DNA from: Mobula hypostoma
Taxonomy: Eukaryota
Assembly (NCBI RefSeq): GCF_963921235.1
Contig: NC_086097.1
Coordinates: 243,166,001-243,230,000, forward strand
Direction: 5' to 3'
Length of the DNA stretch: 64,000 nucleotides
Each line of letters begins with the position of its first letter. The first letter of the stretch is position 1. Position numbers and translations under genes: made by a program. Shown piece after piece: positions 12,810-24,540 of the stretch. A model generated the notes under the pieces. The model was not told the origin of the DNA and made no database searches. It saw only the letters and a list, made by a program, of their open reading frames with translations.

Positions 12810-13127
12810 GTGTGGGCATGTGGCCAAGTGGTTAAGGCATTGGACTAGTGACCTGAAGGTCGTGAGTTTGAGCCCCAGCCGAGGCAACGTGTTGTGTCCT
12901 TGAGCAAGGCACTTAATCACACATTGCTCTGTGACGACACTGGTGCCAAGCTGTATGGGTCCTAATGCCCTTCCCTTGCACAACATTAGTGTTGTGGAGA
13001 GGGGAGACTTGCAGCATGGGCAACTGCTGGTCTTCCATACAACCTTGCCCAGGCCTGCGCCCTGGAGAGTGAAGACTTTCCTGGCACAGATCCATTGTCT
13101 CGCAAGACTAACGGATGCCTTTAAAAT
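12810..13127 (+). mobile_element. tRNA-derived CORE-like SINE inserted into an older V-SINE
   Basis: A box TGGCCAAGTGG, B-box-like GAGTTTGAGCC, CORE-like tgtgtccttgagcaaggcacttaa. 11-bp TSD tgtgtgggttt (12799-12809, 13128-13138). Confidence 0.8.
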
Positions 13128-13699
13128 TGTGTGGGTTTCCTTCGGGTGCTCTGATTTCCTCCCACAGTCTAAAGACATACTGATTGGTAGGTTAATTGGT
13201 CATTGTAAATTGTCCCATGATAAGGCTTGGATTAAACTGGAAGATTGTCAGGTGGTGTGGCTTGAAGGGCTGGAAGGCCCTATTCTGCACTGTAACTCAA
13301 TAAATAAATAAATAGGTAGATCATAGATAGATGGAAAGATGGATACCAACACTTCACCCAGAGTTTGAAATGGACTCACAGGGGAAATACATGAGGGAGG
13401 TAGATTTGTGAGAGTCAAAGGGCACATGGACAAGTAAGTGGAAAAGTAAGGTTCAGTGGCATATGGGATAAATGATGGGCAAATGGAGCTGGCTTCAATG
13501 AGAATCCTGGACAGCATGGACAGATGGGCTGAAGGGCCAGTGTCTGTGCTGTATGTATCTGTGACCTTGTGACACATGAGGAAAAGTTAGTGGGTGGGAA
13601 ATTTTGCAAACTCCTCATAGACAAGACCAGAGATCAAAACAAACTCGAGTCACAGGAGCTATGAGGCCCCAGCTTTTCCAGTTTGCCACTTTGATGATA

Positions 13700-14968
13700 T
13701 AACCATATAACAATTACTGCACGGAAGCAGGCCATCTCGGCCCTTCTAGTCCATGCTGAACTCTTACTCTCACCTAGTCCCACCGACCTGCACTCGGCCC
13801 ATAACCCTCCATTCCTTTCCTGTCCATATATCTACCCAATTTAACTTTAAACGACAACATCGAACCTGCCTCAACCACTTCTGCTGGAAGCTCGTTCCAC
13901 ACAGCTACCACTCTCTGAGTAAAGAAGTTCCCCCTCATGTTACCCCTAAATTTTTGCCCTTTAACTCTCAACTCATGTCCTCTTGTTTGAATTTCCCCCA
14001 TTCTCAATGGAAAAAGCCTATGCATGTCAACTCTATCAATCCCCCTCATAATTTTAAACAGCTCTATCAAATCCCCCGTCAACCTTCTACACTCCAAAGA
14101 ATAAAGACCTAACTTGTTCAACCTTTCTCTGTAACTTAGGAGATGAAATCCAGGCAACATTTTAGTAAATCTCCTCTGTACTCTCTCAATTTTATTGACA
14201 TCTTTCCCATAATTCAGTGACCAGAACTGTACACAATACTCCAAATTTGGCCTTACCAATGCCTTATACAATTTCAACATTGCATCCCAACTCCTATACT
14301 CAATGTTCTAATTAATAAAGGCCAGCATACCAAAAGCTTTCTTCACCAACCTATCCACATGAGATTCCATCTTCAGGGAACTATGCACCATTATTCCAAG
14401 ATCCCTCTGTTCTACAGCATTCTTCAATGCCCTACCATTTACCATGTATGTCCTATTTTGATTAGTCCTACCAAAATGTAGCACCTCACATTTTTCAGCA
14501 TTAAACTCCATCTGCCATCTTTCAGCCCACTCTTCTAACTGGCCTAAATCTCTCTGCAAGCTTTGAAAACCTACTTCATTATCCACAACGACACCTATCT
14601 TAGTATCATCTGCATACTTACTCATCCAGTTTACCACCTCATCATCCAGATCATTAATATATACGACAAACAACATTGAACCCAGTTCAGATCCCTGAGG
14701 CACACCACTACACACCGTCCTCCAATATGACACACAGTTATCCACCACTACTCTCTGGCGTCTCCCATTCAGCCACCGCTGAATCCATTTAATACTTCGA
14801 TATTAATGCCTAATGATTGAACCTTCCTAACTAACCTTCTGTGTGGAACCTTGTCAAAGGCCTTACTGAAGTCCATATAGACAACATCCACCGCTTTACC
14901 CTCGTCAACTTTCCTAGTAACCTCATCAAAAAATTCAATAAGATTTGTCAAATATGACCTTCCACGCA
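13700..14968 (-). mobile_element. 5'-truncated CR1 LINE (RT region)
   Basis: YMDFSKAFDKVPH, GVPQGS, YADD, LVRPNLEYC; microsatellite-like tail. Confidence 0.92.
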
Positions 14969-15826
14969 CCAATCATTTTGTTTACCAATCGTTTTGTTTA
15001 ATTCTCTGCCAAAAATTACATGATCAGAAGTCTCATTTTCAAAGTATGTGCATCCCGCCAACATAAGGTTAGAAGTTCTAAACTGTGCCAGAGCTCTTAC
15101 TGCTTCCAACATTTTTGGCAAACTATCTTGTTTAAATCCTGTTGTCATGGCGCTCTTGCTTTATTCTCAAGTTGTGAACTTGTCTAAACTCACATTTTTC
15201 AAGTTCAAGTCAAGATTTATTGTTATTCTTCAGTACATAAATGTAAGGGAGAAGAAAATGATTGTTACGCTGGATTGACTGCAGAATTAAAAATCACAAT
15301 AAGCAGAAAAATACAATAAATATAAATTTAAAAGCAATTCTATAACACACAACGTGCAAGTAACTGCTGAGTGTGGCTGTATATACATAAGCTTAGTTTA
15401 TATACATACAAAAATGCTGAGGGGCTGATGTGAATGTAGTGGTGGTGGGATGGGTTAATGGATGGAGGTGTTGCTAGGCTTTTTCTGGCATCTTTCTGTA
15501 TATACTGGGCAGCACGATGGCATAGTGGTTTTCACAACACTTTACAGTACCAGTAATAAATAAATCAAATATAAATATTCCCTTAATTGTGATTAGGCTG
15601 GTGCTAGTGATTCATGAGGAATTTTTAACTACCTGTTGTAGAGCCCTCCTCTATGCCACAGTGCAGTACTGTTGTGTGAAAAGTACACAGGGAAACAATT
15701 GGCCTGGAATTTTGGTTAATATTTAAAATGAGGAATTCCAGAATGTCAGTCAGCCCGAATAGGTACAATAAGACATAATGTCTGCATTGATATTCGTAAG
15801 CAGGAGTAAGAAATCTTTGGCAATAC

Positions 15827-16009
15827 CTTCAGAGTCGTGCGGCTGGCAGGGGCTGCACAAGTTGTCATGCCACGCCGTACCAGCAATATCCAGCTCTAAG
15901 CCCAGCTCAGAGCAATTTGTGTGTCTCTTACATTTCGCAGTGGTGGACGTCACGGATGAAAAGAAACCCGAGGGACACTTTGCACAAACCGTGTCACTTA
16001 GTGGAGTAC
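15827..16009 (-). CDS. TNFRSF6B: TNFRSF6B/DcR3-like decoy receptor, exon 3 (CRD3-4)
   Basis: Acceptor ctgttctccag|GT ACT; donor GAA G|gtattg; 183 nt, phase 1-1. Encodes GTPLSDTVCAKCPSGFFSSVTSTTAKCKRHTNCSELGLELDIAGTAWHDNLCSPC. Confidence 0.92.
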
Positions 16010-16299
16010 CTGGAGAACAGACAAAGGTGTTATAGAGTTGTCCCCACTAAAATAAAAGACAGGCTCAAACAAAACTGATGAAAGAAATCTACTGTTTCTG
16101 TATCAGAATCAGAGTCAGGGTTATTGTGACCGAAACATGTCATGAAATTTGCTATTTTGCAGCAGGTCTGTGTATGTGTTGCAAAAATATATATATGGAG
16201 CAAAAGAGGAAGAGTGAGGTGGTGTGCATGGACCGTTCAGAAATCTGATGCTAAAGTGTACTTAAAATAATGGACAACATATTCTGCAGAGTGACATGC

Positions 16300-17640
16300 A
16301 TCATCAATCATCATCATCATCATCAGGTGCCATGCCCAGTTTAAGCTCTGACTACCATGGCCCACACACTCCTGATTCGGGTCAAGTGGATCAATTCATT
16401 GGTATTCATTTCCAGTTCTCTGGCTGCTGTCTCCATCATCATTTGTCTTTGCCTTCCTCTTGATTTCTTCCCTTCAATCTTTCCCATAATTACCATGCAT
16501 TCTAACTCCTCTTTCCTAATCACATGTCCAATGAAGTTATGTTGCCTTTTCATGATCTCATACATTATTTCTCTTTTTGTGCTTGCTCTGTTCATGACAT
16601 TCTCATTAGATATTCATGTTGTCCATGATATTCTTTGCATCCTCCTCAAAAACCACATCTCTGCTGCTTCAATTCGTTTCCTCGTTAGTAGATATTATGC
16701 AACATTCTGAGCCATATAACATAACTGGATAAATGTAACATTTCAGTACTCTGAGGCGGGTTGTCATGCCTAGTTTAGTGTTGGTCAGTATACTCTTCAT
16801 TCTCGTAAAGGTGTCTTTTGCCATACCTATTCTTCTTTTGATGTCCATGTCGCACCTGCCATCTGATGTCACCCAGCTTCCTAAGTAGCAAAAGTTCTGT
16901 ACTTGTTTTATGTCTTCCCCATTTATTCTCAGCCTGTAGATAGGATTTTCCTTCTTTTTGGATATCACCATACATTCAGTCTTTTTGCAATTGATAGATA
17001 AACCCATTTTTGCACTTTCTTCAACAACTATATCAATTAAGTTTTGTAGTTTTTCCTCCGAACTTGCAATTAACACAGTATCATCCGCATATCTAAAACT
17101 ATTGATGTTTTCACTGCCAACTTTGATTCCCAAAAGTCTCTTATTTTGTGTAATATTGTTTCACATTAAACAAATCAGGGGAGAAAACACACTATTGTAT
17201 AACGCCTCTCTTGATTTTCGTAAACTGACTCACTTCTCTATCTATTCTTACAGCGGCAGTTTTGTTCCCAGTACAGATTTCTGATTAGGTGGAGGTCCTT
17301 TGAATATACAAACTGTAGATCTAGAGTTTCCTGTAATATTTCGAATAACTTATTGTGCTTCACTTTATCAAATGCTTTTGTGTAGTTAATAAAACAAGCA
17401 AACAAATCTTTTTGCACTTGAATAGTTCATTCTGATAGTATCCTTAACATCAATATTGCGTTTCTTGTACCTTTGTCTTTCACAAAACCACATTGTTCTT
17501 TACGTATTTCAGCTTGTATCTTAATTTTAGCTCTTGTCATCAAAATTGTTAGAAGTATCTTGGTGATATGACTCATTAAACTTATGGTCCTATGTAATTC
17601 ACATTCTATTGCTCCAGCTTTCTTAGGAAGAGTGAAAAAT
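16300..17640 (-). mobile_element. 5'-truncated RTE-clade LINE
   Basis: HRTISLMSH...EQCGF...GTRNAI, FRYADD, FCYLGS, LYGSE, FIGHVIR, GKIEGKKSRGRQR; (GAT)n 3' tail. Confidence 0.88.
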
Positions 17641-17944
17641 GACATGCATACTAAATTTTTAAAATTCAGGGCAAAATCAGAGTAAGATTTATTTTCACTG
17701 AAATCTGCTGTGAAATTTGTTTTGTGGCAGCAGTACAGTGCAAGACATAAAAATTACACAAAATAGCAAAAAAGAGGAATGGACTGTTCAGAGAACTGAT
17801 GGTGGAGGGGAAGATACTTTGCCTAAAACATATTTAAAATTGTTCCTTAAAAATGAATTCAATGTTCAAAATTCATTAAATCAGATAGGCTTTGTTTTCA
17901 CTTTGGTGGAGGATCCACTCTGAAAATGATCCATTCAGCCACCA

Positions 17945-18200
17945 AAGCGTGGCGGTTAGCGCGACGCTATTACAGCTCAGGGTATCGGAGCTTGGAGTTC
18001 AATTCCGACACCATCCGTAAGGAGCTTTTTCGCCCTTCCAGAGTACCAGGTTTCCTCCGGGTACTCTGGTCTCCTCCCACACTACAAAGACATACCAGTT
18101 AATTGTAAATTGTGCTGGTGTTAAATAGGTGGGCTTCTGGGCTATGTGGCTCATTTGAGCAGAAGGGCCTGGTCCATACTGTATAGTTAAATAAATAAAA
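17945..18200 (+). mobile_element. tRNA-derived V-SINE/HE1-like SINE (other copies about 12745-13310, 46730-46890, 48760-48970, 51020-51280, 61050-61240)
   Basis: tRNA-like head with a GTTCAATTCC box and the recurring core gggtttcctccgggtgctccggtttcctcccaca. Confidence 0.7.
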
Positions 18201-19549
18201 TAGAACTACAAATAATGAGAAGGGTTATTTTGTTGAGCGTATGACTTATCAGATATAATTCAGGAAATCCCAAGTAAATTGACTAAAGACTAAAAGAAGT
18301 TTGTAAAGAAAAGGAATAGATTGAGAAGGTAGATCATCACACAATTTCTTTATAGACTTCCCCTGGCAACATCATTTAATAACATAGTGTCAATTTCTAA
18401 GTGTTCCTCATGACTCGCAGGCTATGTCTCAGCTCCTCCACTCTTTCTACCTGGTGCACCATTTATTCAATTTCGACTCGCTTTACACTTATGACCACGT
18501 GGCTAAGTACAGTTCCAATGCCATATTCAACTTTGCTGATGACACCATTGTCGTTGGCCAAAACAAAGATGTTGATGAATTGACCTAGAGGAGGGACCCT
18601 TTCAAAGGCTCTATGATTGATGTTCTCAATATTATTTATAACTTATTTATTTTTTTTTTGTATTTGCACAGTTTGCCTTTTTGTGCACATTGGGTAATTG
18701 TCCATCTTGGTGTATAGTTTCTCATTGATTCTGTTGGATTTCTTTGTATCTACTGTGAATGCCCACAAGAAAACTAATCTCAGGGTTGCCTATACTGGTA
18801 TATATGTACTTTGATAATAAACTTACTTTGAACTTTGAAATTTTGCTCATCTGATCTAAATATGAGGAAGTCTGAGGTTACTATTGTAAGTTCCAAGTCA
18901 AGACACCATCCACATACAGAGGAACTACCCGAGTCTCCACAATGCTTGGCAGAACAACACAGAACCCAACCACAAAAAAACAAGCTCTGTTCCTCCCTCC
19001 CATGCACACATCCACACAGACAGTCTTCCAACCCCAGGAAAGGCGTTTAGGCCTCAAGTCTCCAGTCTCTGTTCAAACTGGTTCAAAAGAAACTCTACAA
19101 CCTATGTGACTTGAATGTGGAATTGCTTGGGGTGAAAAGCATAAATTCTCACAACAGGAAGCTGGATAGATTGAAGAGGGGGAGAATGCTGAAGAATAAA
19201 TGGAAAATATTGAATTTAGGACAAATGAGTCAAATGGTTGTGCAATAAATGCTATATATACAACATGGTTATAAATGCACGAGATTCTGCAGATGCTGAA
19301 AATGCTGCATAATCCACCAAAATGCTGGAGGACCTCAGCAGGGCAGAGAGTATTAATGGAAAGGAATAAGGACTTGATGCTTCGGGATGAGACCCTTCAT
19401 TAGGACTCAGCCCAAAACGTCGACTTTTTATTCCTTTCCATAGACGCTGCCTGACCTGCTGAGTTGCTGCTGTGTGGATAGCAATTTGTAAATGCATTCA
19501 AAGTTGTACACTCATTGTAGAGTATTTATAAGTTTTGAATCTATTATAC

Positions 19550-19919
19550 CTGGAGTGTGAACTTCAAATCCAGGAGGACATTCTTTCTGCTTCATACAGA
19601 ACTCGTGCTCCAAGAAGTACCCGTCCTTGCATTCGCACACCCTGTTGTGGTACTGATTGCAGTCCTGCTTAACATATTGGTTTTCTTGGCAGAAATTATT
19701 GCAGTACTGACACTTCTGTAAGTAATTCCAGAACTGCGTGTAATGTTTTTCAGAGCAAGGGGCGCAAACTGTGTCTTGGGTTTTGGTGCAAGGTGTCTTC
19801 ATATAGGAGCCTGGAGGGCAACGAGAGCAGGTTCGGCCTTGATGTTGATAGGTTTGTTCTGCCACACTGGCCTTTGCACTTGCATAAATAAGAGGGGCAA
19901 AAACCAAGCTGAAGAACCA
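19550..19919 (-). CDS. TNFRSF6B: TNFRSF6B/DcR3-like decoy receptor, exon 2 (signal peptide, CRD1-2, start of CRD3)
   Basis: Acceptor ttctttctcctcag|TGG; donor CCA G|gtataa (phase 1). Encodes TNFR cysteine-rich repeats CSRCPPGSY...CAPCSEKHYTQFWNYLQKCQYCNNFC...HNRVCECKDGYF...CPPGF, typical of DcR3/osteoprotegerin (OPG). Confidence 0.93.
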
Positions 19920-20958
19920 CTGAGGAGAAAGAAAGAATAATTTCAATTATAGCGTCAGTGTGCACTGTCAATGGAGCCCAATACATACAGCTATTACCTA
20001 GCTCACCAAGGCTCTGATCCAGCTTTTCATGATGTCTATATGAACATCCATACGTTGTCCATGTGTATGCATACCTTCTCTAGAGTTATTCAAGTTAAAG
20101 TTCAAGTTTGTTGCCATTTAGCCAGATACATGTATATTGCCAAACAAAACAAAGTTCCTCTGCACAACACAGTACATATAACTCACACACAACACATAAA
20201 GTAATACTATCACAAATAAATTAGCAAGTAATAAGGTGTTTTCAGACACAAGTTAAAAAATTAACAGTATAACTCGACTGGCGCTTCATATATGATGAGA
20301 CCTATGGAACCCAGGCTAATTAAACCCAAAGATGCAATGGTAGAATGGTCCAGCTGTAGAGGGGTGAAAACGAGGCTTAACAAATTAAAAAAAAATGAGA
20401 ACTTGAAAAAAATGCTGTGTGAGAACGAGGTGTGGACAAGCGATAGAAACGCAGCAACTACAGAAACTAACTAAAGATAAAAACTGTTAAAAGTGGAACT
20501 AGTTGTTAGTATCTCTACCCTACTTACTGGAAATCCTCAGGGTGAAACCCCTGAAGGAGAGACAATATTGATAAAAGATTTATCGAAGCTACGACTATAA
20601 CGAGCATCAGCAATAACGAGACGATATCGGCGGACAGTAGCGACCAAGATCTCTACCGTGTAACTGGAAATTAGTTCTGTTAAATCACACCAAGCGATCT
20701 GGTCAGGTTTCTTTTGTGTAAGTATTGTGTGTCGATTTTCTGTGGATGACCCACTATTTCATCCAAAGAACCAAGAAGCAATAAGGCGAGCCACCCAAGA
20801 TCGACAAACCAGTGTGGGAACAGAATGTTTCAAGACGTAGAGGATTTAATACGGTTGGATGTGAAAGTTTATTTTTCATTCAAAAGATATGAATTTGTTT
20901 TTGTGGAAGAACTGAGTATTTTTGCAAAGACTTTGATAAGTTACTGAATGACATTTAT

Positions 20959-21256
20959 AACCATATAACCATATAACAATTACAGCACGGAAACAGGCCA
21001 TCTCGGCCCTTCTAGTCCATGCCGAACTCTTACTCTCACCTAGTCCCACCGACCTGCACTCAGCCCATAACCCTCCATTCCTTTCTTGTCCATATAGCTG
21101 TCCAATTTAACTTTAAACGACAACATCGAACCTGCCTCAACCATTTCTGCTGGAAGCTCGCGCCACACAGCTACCACTCTCTGAGTAAAGAAGTTCCCCC
21201 TCATGTTACCCCTAAACTTTTGCCCTTTAACTCTCAACTCATGTCCTCTTGTTTAA
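20959..21256 (-). mobile_element. Short CR1 3' end inserted in the Gypsy 5' LTR
   Basis: Near-identical to 13700-13990; 8-bp TSD acatttat (20951-20958, 21257-21264). Confidence 0.88.
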
Positions 21257-21904
21257 ACATTTATTTTGTTTAAAAGTTATGATGTTGGAGATATGTCGTG
21301 AAAGGAGTTGTTATATATTTATGGGGGGGGGAGGGATTTAGTTTGAATTTGAGGACAAACTGACCTGAAACTAAAACTGAAGTTAACTATTATACTTAAA
21401 AATAGGAATTCAATAAGTTGCCTAACTAACTAGGGATAAATATAAAGACAAATGTCAGTTTGTAAACCTTTAAATAGGGCATAATACTACTAATTAGATA
21501 GAGAAACTGGAATAACTCTAAAAGTGTGCATTTTCTATTCACTGCCTCTTTCCGATACCTAGAGCTTCTGAAGGCCCTAGCAGCTAGTTGCAGAGTTATT
21601 CCTCTATGAGATGCTTGTTAGTCCCAGTTTCGGCAACTCTGCCTCGCTTTACAGTCAGTGTCAACGCTGCCTCTAACAGTGGTAGGTAGGCAGATGGGTT
21701 TTCACCCATGTTCTGTACCATGTTCCTGAATTTGGTGAATAATTCATCACTGCCTCTATGGTGGCAAAAGCTAAATCTATGAGTTTGTATGCAAGTAGCA
21801 GGTGTAGCTCCAGGGTATATTGACCTGATGATGTCAGAAGCTGGTGGAAGAATACTTGCACATATTTTCTGCGTTCAGTGCAGATCAGACACACTTGGTT
21901 CTCT

Positions 21905-23020
21905 AGGTAGAAAAAAACTTACCCCTGATATCTCCTCTGTACCTACTTCCAAGCACCTTAAAACTGTGCCCTCTCATGCTAGCCATTTCAGCCCTTGGAA
22001 AAAGCCTCTGACTATCCACACGATCAATGCATCTCATCATCTTATACACCTCTATCAGGTCACCTCTCATCCTCCGATGCTCCAAGGGAAAAAGGCCAAG
22101 TTCACTCAACCTATTCTCATAAGGCACACTCCCCAATCCAGGTAACATCTTTGTAAATCTCCTCTGCACTCTTTATATGATTTCCACTCCTTCCTATAGT
22201 GAGGTGACCAGAACTGAGCACAGTACTCCAAGTGGGGTCTGACCAGGGTCCTATATAGCTACAACATTACCTCTCAGCTCCTAAACTCAATTCCACGATT
22301 GATGAAGGCCAATGCACCGTATGCTTTCTTAACCACAGAGTCAACCTGCCCAGCAGCCTTGAGTGTCCTATGGACTCGGACCCCAAGATCCCTCTGATCC
22401 CCCATACTGCCAAAAATACTATATTCTGCCATCATATTTGACCTACCAAAATGAACCACCTCACACTTATCTGGGTTGAACTCCATCTGCCACTTCTCAG
22501 CCCATTTTTGCATCCTATCAATGTCCCACTGTAAACCCTGACAGCCCTCCACACTATCCACAGCACCCCCAATCTTTGTGTCATCTGCAAATTTACTAAC
22601 ACATCCCTCCACTTCTTCATCTAGGTCATCTATAAAAATCATGAAGAGTAAGGGTCCCAGAACCAATCCCTGAGGCACATCCCTGGTGATTGACCTCCAT
22701 GCAGAATATGACCCGTCTACAACCACTCTTTGCCTTCTGTGGGAAAGCCAGTTCTGGATCCATAAAGTAATTTCCCCTTGGATCCCATGCCTCCTTACTT
22801 TCTCAATAAGCCTTGCATGCGGTACCTTGTCAAATGCCTTGCTGAAATCCATCTACTGCTCTACCTTCATCAATGTGTTTAGTTACATCCTCAAAAATTT
22901 CAATCAGGCTTGTAAGGCATGACCTGCCTTTGACAAAGCCATGCTGACTATTTCTAAAGCTATGCCTCTCCAAATGTTCATAAATCCTGTCTCTCAGGAT
23001 CTACTCCAGCAACTTACCAA
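21905..23020 (-). mobile_element. CR1 RT fragment inserted in Gypsy gag
   Basis: MDFSKAFDKVPH, VPQG, KFADD motifs. Confidence 0.88.
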
Positions 23021-24540
23021 GGAGGGATGGCTTCACTGCAATTCTGTTAATTTGTATTATAGGATCTGAGTTATTCTGCATGGCAGCTAGAGCTGTTTCT
23101 GACTGGTTTGTATCAGAGGTGTCAGCTCTGAAATGAGGTGTTGTTGTCTTGTTACATACATCAGCAGTTTCAACAGTGACTGTTTCCCTACTCTTGATAG
23201 TAAGGGTTTCACTGATCTGTGTTAACATCTCTCTGATTTCATTATAATCTCTCCCACTACTCTTCGCTAAGGTTTTCAACTCACCAAGATAAGCTTGAAT
23301 AGTGCATCTTCTAACTTTCTGAGGGTTAACACTAGCTAAAGTAACTACATGGTAGGAAACGTTTTAGTCACCGCTTGCCTGTTGAATGTACGGTAGGTAG
23401 CAAGGTCTGGAGGTCTTGTTCTGCAGAGCCAAAATTGCACTGTACTATGAGGGACTTAGGAGATCCTGCACAGTGGTTAGTTGGAGGAATAACTCTGCAA
23501 CTAGGTGCTAGTGGGCCTTCAGAAGCTCTAGCTGTCTGAAGGAGACGGTGAATAGAAAACACACACTTCTAGAGTTACTCCAGTTTCTCTAACTAATTAG
23601 ATCTAGTATTATTCCCTTTTTAAATGTTTACAGACAATATTTGCCTTTATAATTATCCCTAGTTAGTTAGGCAACTTATTGAATTCCTATTTTTAAGTAT
23701 AATCGTTTGAAGCTTTCTTTGTACAACTCATCAAGAGAATTCATGCCAACTAACACCACAGGCAGTGAACATGAAGAGATAGCTGGAACAATCAATACCG
23801 GGGCGGGCACTTCCACACCCACTTCTACAAAGTCTTTCCAGAATATAACATTGACTTATACATATCCCAGGTATGGGACAGCTTGTCTGTTGGCACCCTT
23901 AACTTCCAACAAGTTGGTGAGAGAATGAGCTGATAGGTCTGACAAGTTGTAGTCATAGTGGAATTTAGAGATGATCGTGACCTGCAATCCTATCTCTATA
24001 AACAATTACATTTTCTACGGGCTAGGCTTATTTGAGCAGTGCGACTTGTGCCAACTAATCCCGTAGGTAGGTTAACAGTCTCTCTTCCGGACGTAGTTTC
24101 ACCAAACAAGATCTTGGAGCTTCGGGGACATGCTTTGCCAACATCCGACCCTTTTTGTCCCACCACCGGAGCCGTTTCTAGTTTAAAATGAGGCTTAGGC
24201 GTACCATTACGTGAGTCCCACTCACTCCGTCTCTTTTCGAGCTGTCTTCTCTTTTCTGTTACTAATGGAGTCTTGCGTTCATAGCAGCATGAGCTGGCTG
24301 TGTGCTCACCTTCGCCACATTTAAAACAGTACCAGTGTTTTGGTTTGAGACATAGCTGTTTGTCAGTGGTTGTGGACTCTTGTTTATCTTTTGTGTCAGT
24401 CTTTCCTTTTAGTGGCTTCTCACTTGCTGACTTTTACTATCTATTGTTTTGTAGCTTGTAGAGTAGCTAGTTGACTTTGAGGCTCAGCGATTTGTTCAGT
24501 CAGTTGAGAAGTAACTGAAGTTATCTGTGCTTTATCGTCT

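Noticed and set aside
12810..12885. tRNA gene
   Set aside because: The tRNA-like head continues into a SINE body and is flanked by an 11-bp TSD.
12381..13178. 265-aa minus-strand ORF
   Set aside because: It crosses CR1 and two nested SINE fragments; a chance open frame.
14948..15148. Minus-strand ORF in intron 3 as a possible extra (OPG-like) exon
   Set aside because: No similarity to TNFR or death-domain sequence, no convincing splice pair, and exons 3 and 4 already join in frame.
19920..19946. ORF-track start MKLFFLSPQ as the true N-terminus
   Set aside because: It is not an ATG start. The stretch is a polypyrimidine tract plus AG acceptor, and a better first exon exists at 44826-44840.
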